Assembly (NCBI GenBank): GCA_023480825.1
Contig: JAMCWQ010000017.1
Span: forward strand, 1-58,643
Direction of reading: 5' to 3'
Source of the DNA: Chloroflexota bacterium
Lineage (GTDB): Bacteria > Chloroflexota > Chloroflexia > JAMCWQ01
Length of the DNA stretch: 58,643 nucleotides
Below the pieces are notes generated by a model. The model was not told the DNA's origin. It saw only the letters and a program-made list of their open reading frames with translations, and made no database searches. The position numbers were made by a program, and so were the translations under genes. This document shows positions 58,013-58,643 of this stretch, in pieces. The stretch's first letter is position 1; every line of letters starts with the position of its first letter.

Positions 58013-58643
58013 CTACCGGACGCTCGGCCCCGCATGCATAACCACTGGGCAAGTCTCCCTACTTGGCAGGTGGCAGTTCGGACCGACGACATTCGTGCCC
58101 GGCTGGGCGTAGACCGGCGCAATGCTGACGAGGAAGAGCATGGCCAGCATCGCAGCGCTCGCCACGAACTTGGGCATGGAGATGGCCGGCAAGAAATCAG
58201 CTGCGGGATCGAGCAAACGCTCAATTCGCTGCTCGGTGACGCTAAGAGCGCCAATGGCAGCCAATTCTGTGGTTAGAACTTGGCTCCGCTGGCTGAGAAT
58301 CTTCAACAGGGCGCTGGCCAGCGGCAGCTCCGTGCCCATGAAATCCACCGTGGCATCGTCCGCAGCCAGCTCCTTGGCCCGGATGTAACGGTCACGCAGG
58401 TTGGAGGCTACAGGAAGCAAGAAAAGCATCTCGGCCATCGCCCGGCTCAGTAGTATCTTCAAAGGGTCGCGGTTCTTCAGGTGGTACTTCTCGTGTAGCA
58501 ACACCGCCTTCAATTCCGCATCGGTCAGCGAGTTCGCTAATGTGTGGCTTATGCACACTTTGGGCCGCAAGAAACCGCAACAGAAAGAATACAGCCGGTG
58601 GTCGTCAATCAAATCGAGCTTGCCGTCCAGTCCCAGCTGGGAC
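58013..58643 (-). CDS. M56-family (BlaR1/MecR1-like) membrane metallopeptidase/sensor; 5' end beyond the window
   Basis: The HExxH zinc motif occurs in the typical context 'FLRPKVCISHTLANSLTDAELKAVLLHEKYHLKNRDPL'. The reading frame stays open to the window edge (codons ...SQLGLDGKLD precede the listed TTG). Confidence 0.65.
   Translation of the reverse strand, partial: SQLGLDGKLDLIDDHRLYSFCCGFLRPKVCISHTLANSLTDAELKAVLLHEKYHLKNRDPLKILLSRAMAEMLFLLPVASNLRDRYIRAKELAADDATVDFMGTELPLASALLKILSQRSQVLTTELAAIGALSVTEQRIERLLDPAADFLPAISMPKFVASAAMLAMLFLVSIAPVYAQPGTNVVGPNCHLPSRETCPVVMHAGPSVR

Noticed and set aside
1-58643. CRISPR arrays, tRNA/rRNA genes, transposases, integrases, phage genes, toxin-antitoxin or defence-system genes.
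   Set aside because: I saw no regularly spaced direct repeats, cloverleaf-type sequences, DDE or tyrosine-recombinase motifs, or terminal inverted repeats. The window is essentially wall-to-wall envelope and transport genes. The only DNA-level repeats are diverged paralogous coding regions.

Overview
This is a high-GC bacterial chromosomal segment. The protein families suggest Chloroflexota, but that is inference only, since no search was possible. I recognised no rRNA, tRNA, CRISPR array, transposase or integrase.

The window has three parts.

(1) nt 3-3997: two convergent polytopic membrane proteins that look like GT-C glycosyltransferases.

(2) nt 4246-10987, + strand: a Mg2+-type cation module. 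It runs from a near-consensus sigma70 promoter through an M-box (ykoK-type) riboswitch with its own terminator, a second terminator-ending leader of unknown class, an NRAMP-related transporter, a small membrane protein and a second NRAMP-related transporter. A 430-nt spacer then precedes a P-type ATPase. Both NRAMP paralogs have lost the canonical DPGN and MPH metal-site residues, as reported for Mg2+-transporting NRAMP relatives.

(3) nt 10998-57909, - strand: two back-to-back glycan-assembly operons, each with a recognisable promoter (57880-57909 and 50359-50385).
- The downstream operon holds 27 tightly packed or overlapping genes over about 39 kb.
- Across the whole window I count 13 polytopic GT-C-like membrane proteins, 10 GT4 and 3 GT2 glycosyltransferases.
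- Two of the GT2 enzymes look like polyprenyl-phosphate sugar synthases.
- Other members are a Wzx-like flippase, a UPF0104 flippase-like protein, a WbpB/WbpE/WbpD-like diamino-sugar trio, a B12-binding radical SAM enzyme, a SAM methyltransferase, a membrane-anchored CBM plus CE4-deacetylase fusion, and a 58-aa Trm112-like gene that the ORF track missed.

The most unusual signal is a roughly 135-aa beta-rich extracytoplasmic module with the signature 'DIGG...YRW...PG...RP...NG...YSF...DxRxLGVxVD'. It sits at the N-terminus of four large paralogs, three of them in tandem. It sits at the C-terminus of two TPR-bearing GT-C proteins. A degenerate form closes the two 720-aa paralogs.

I read the locus as a candidate extracytoplasmic, lipid-linked-monosaccharide-driven glycopolymer or protein-glycosylation assembly line. 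It would be analogous in logic to Emb/Aft systems.

All family calls come from motifs read by eye. No HMM, BLAST or structure search was run.
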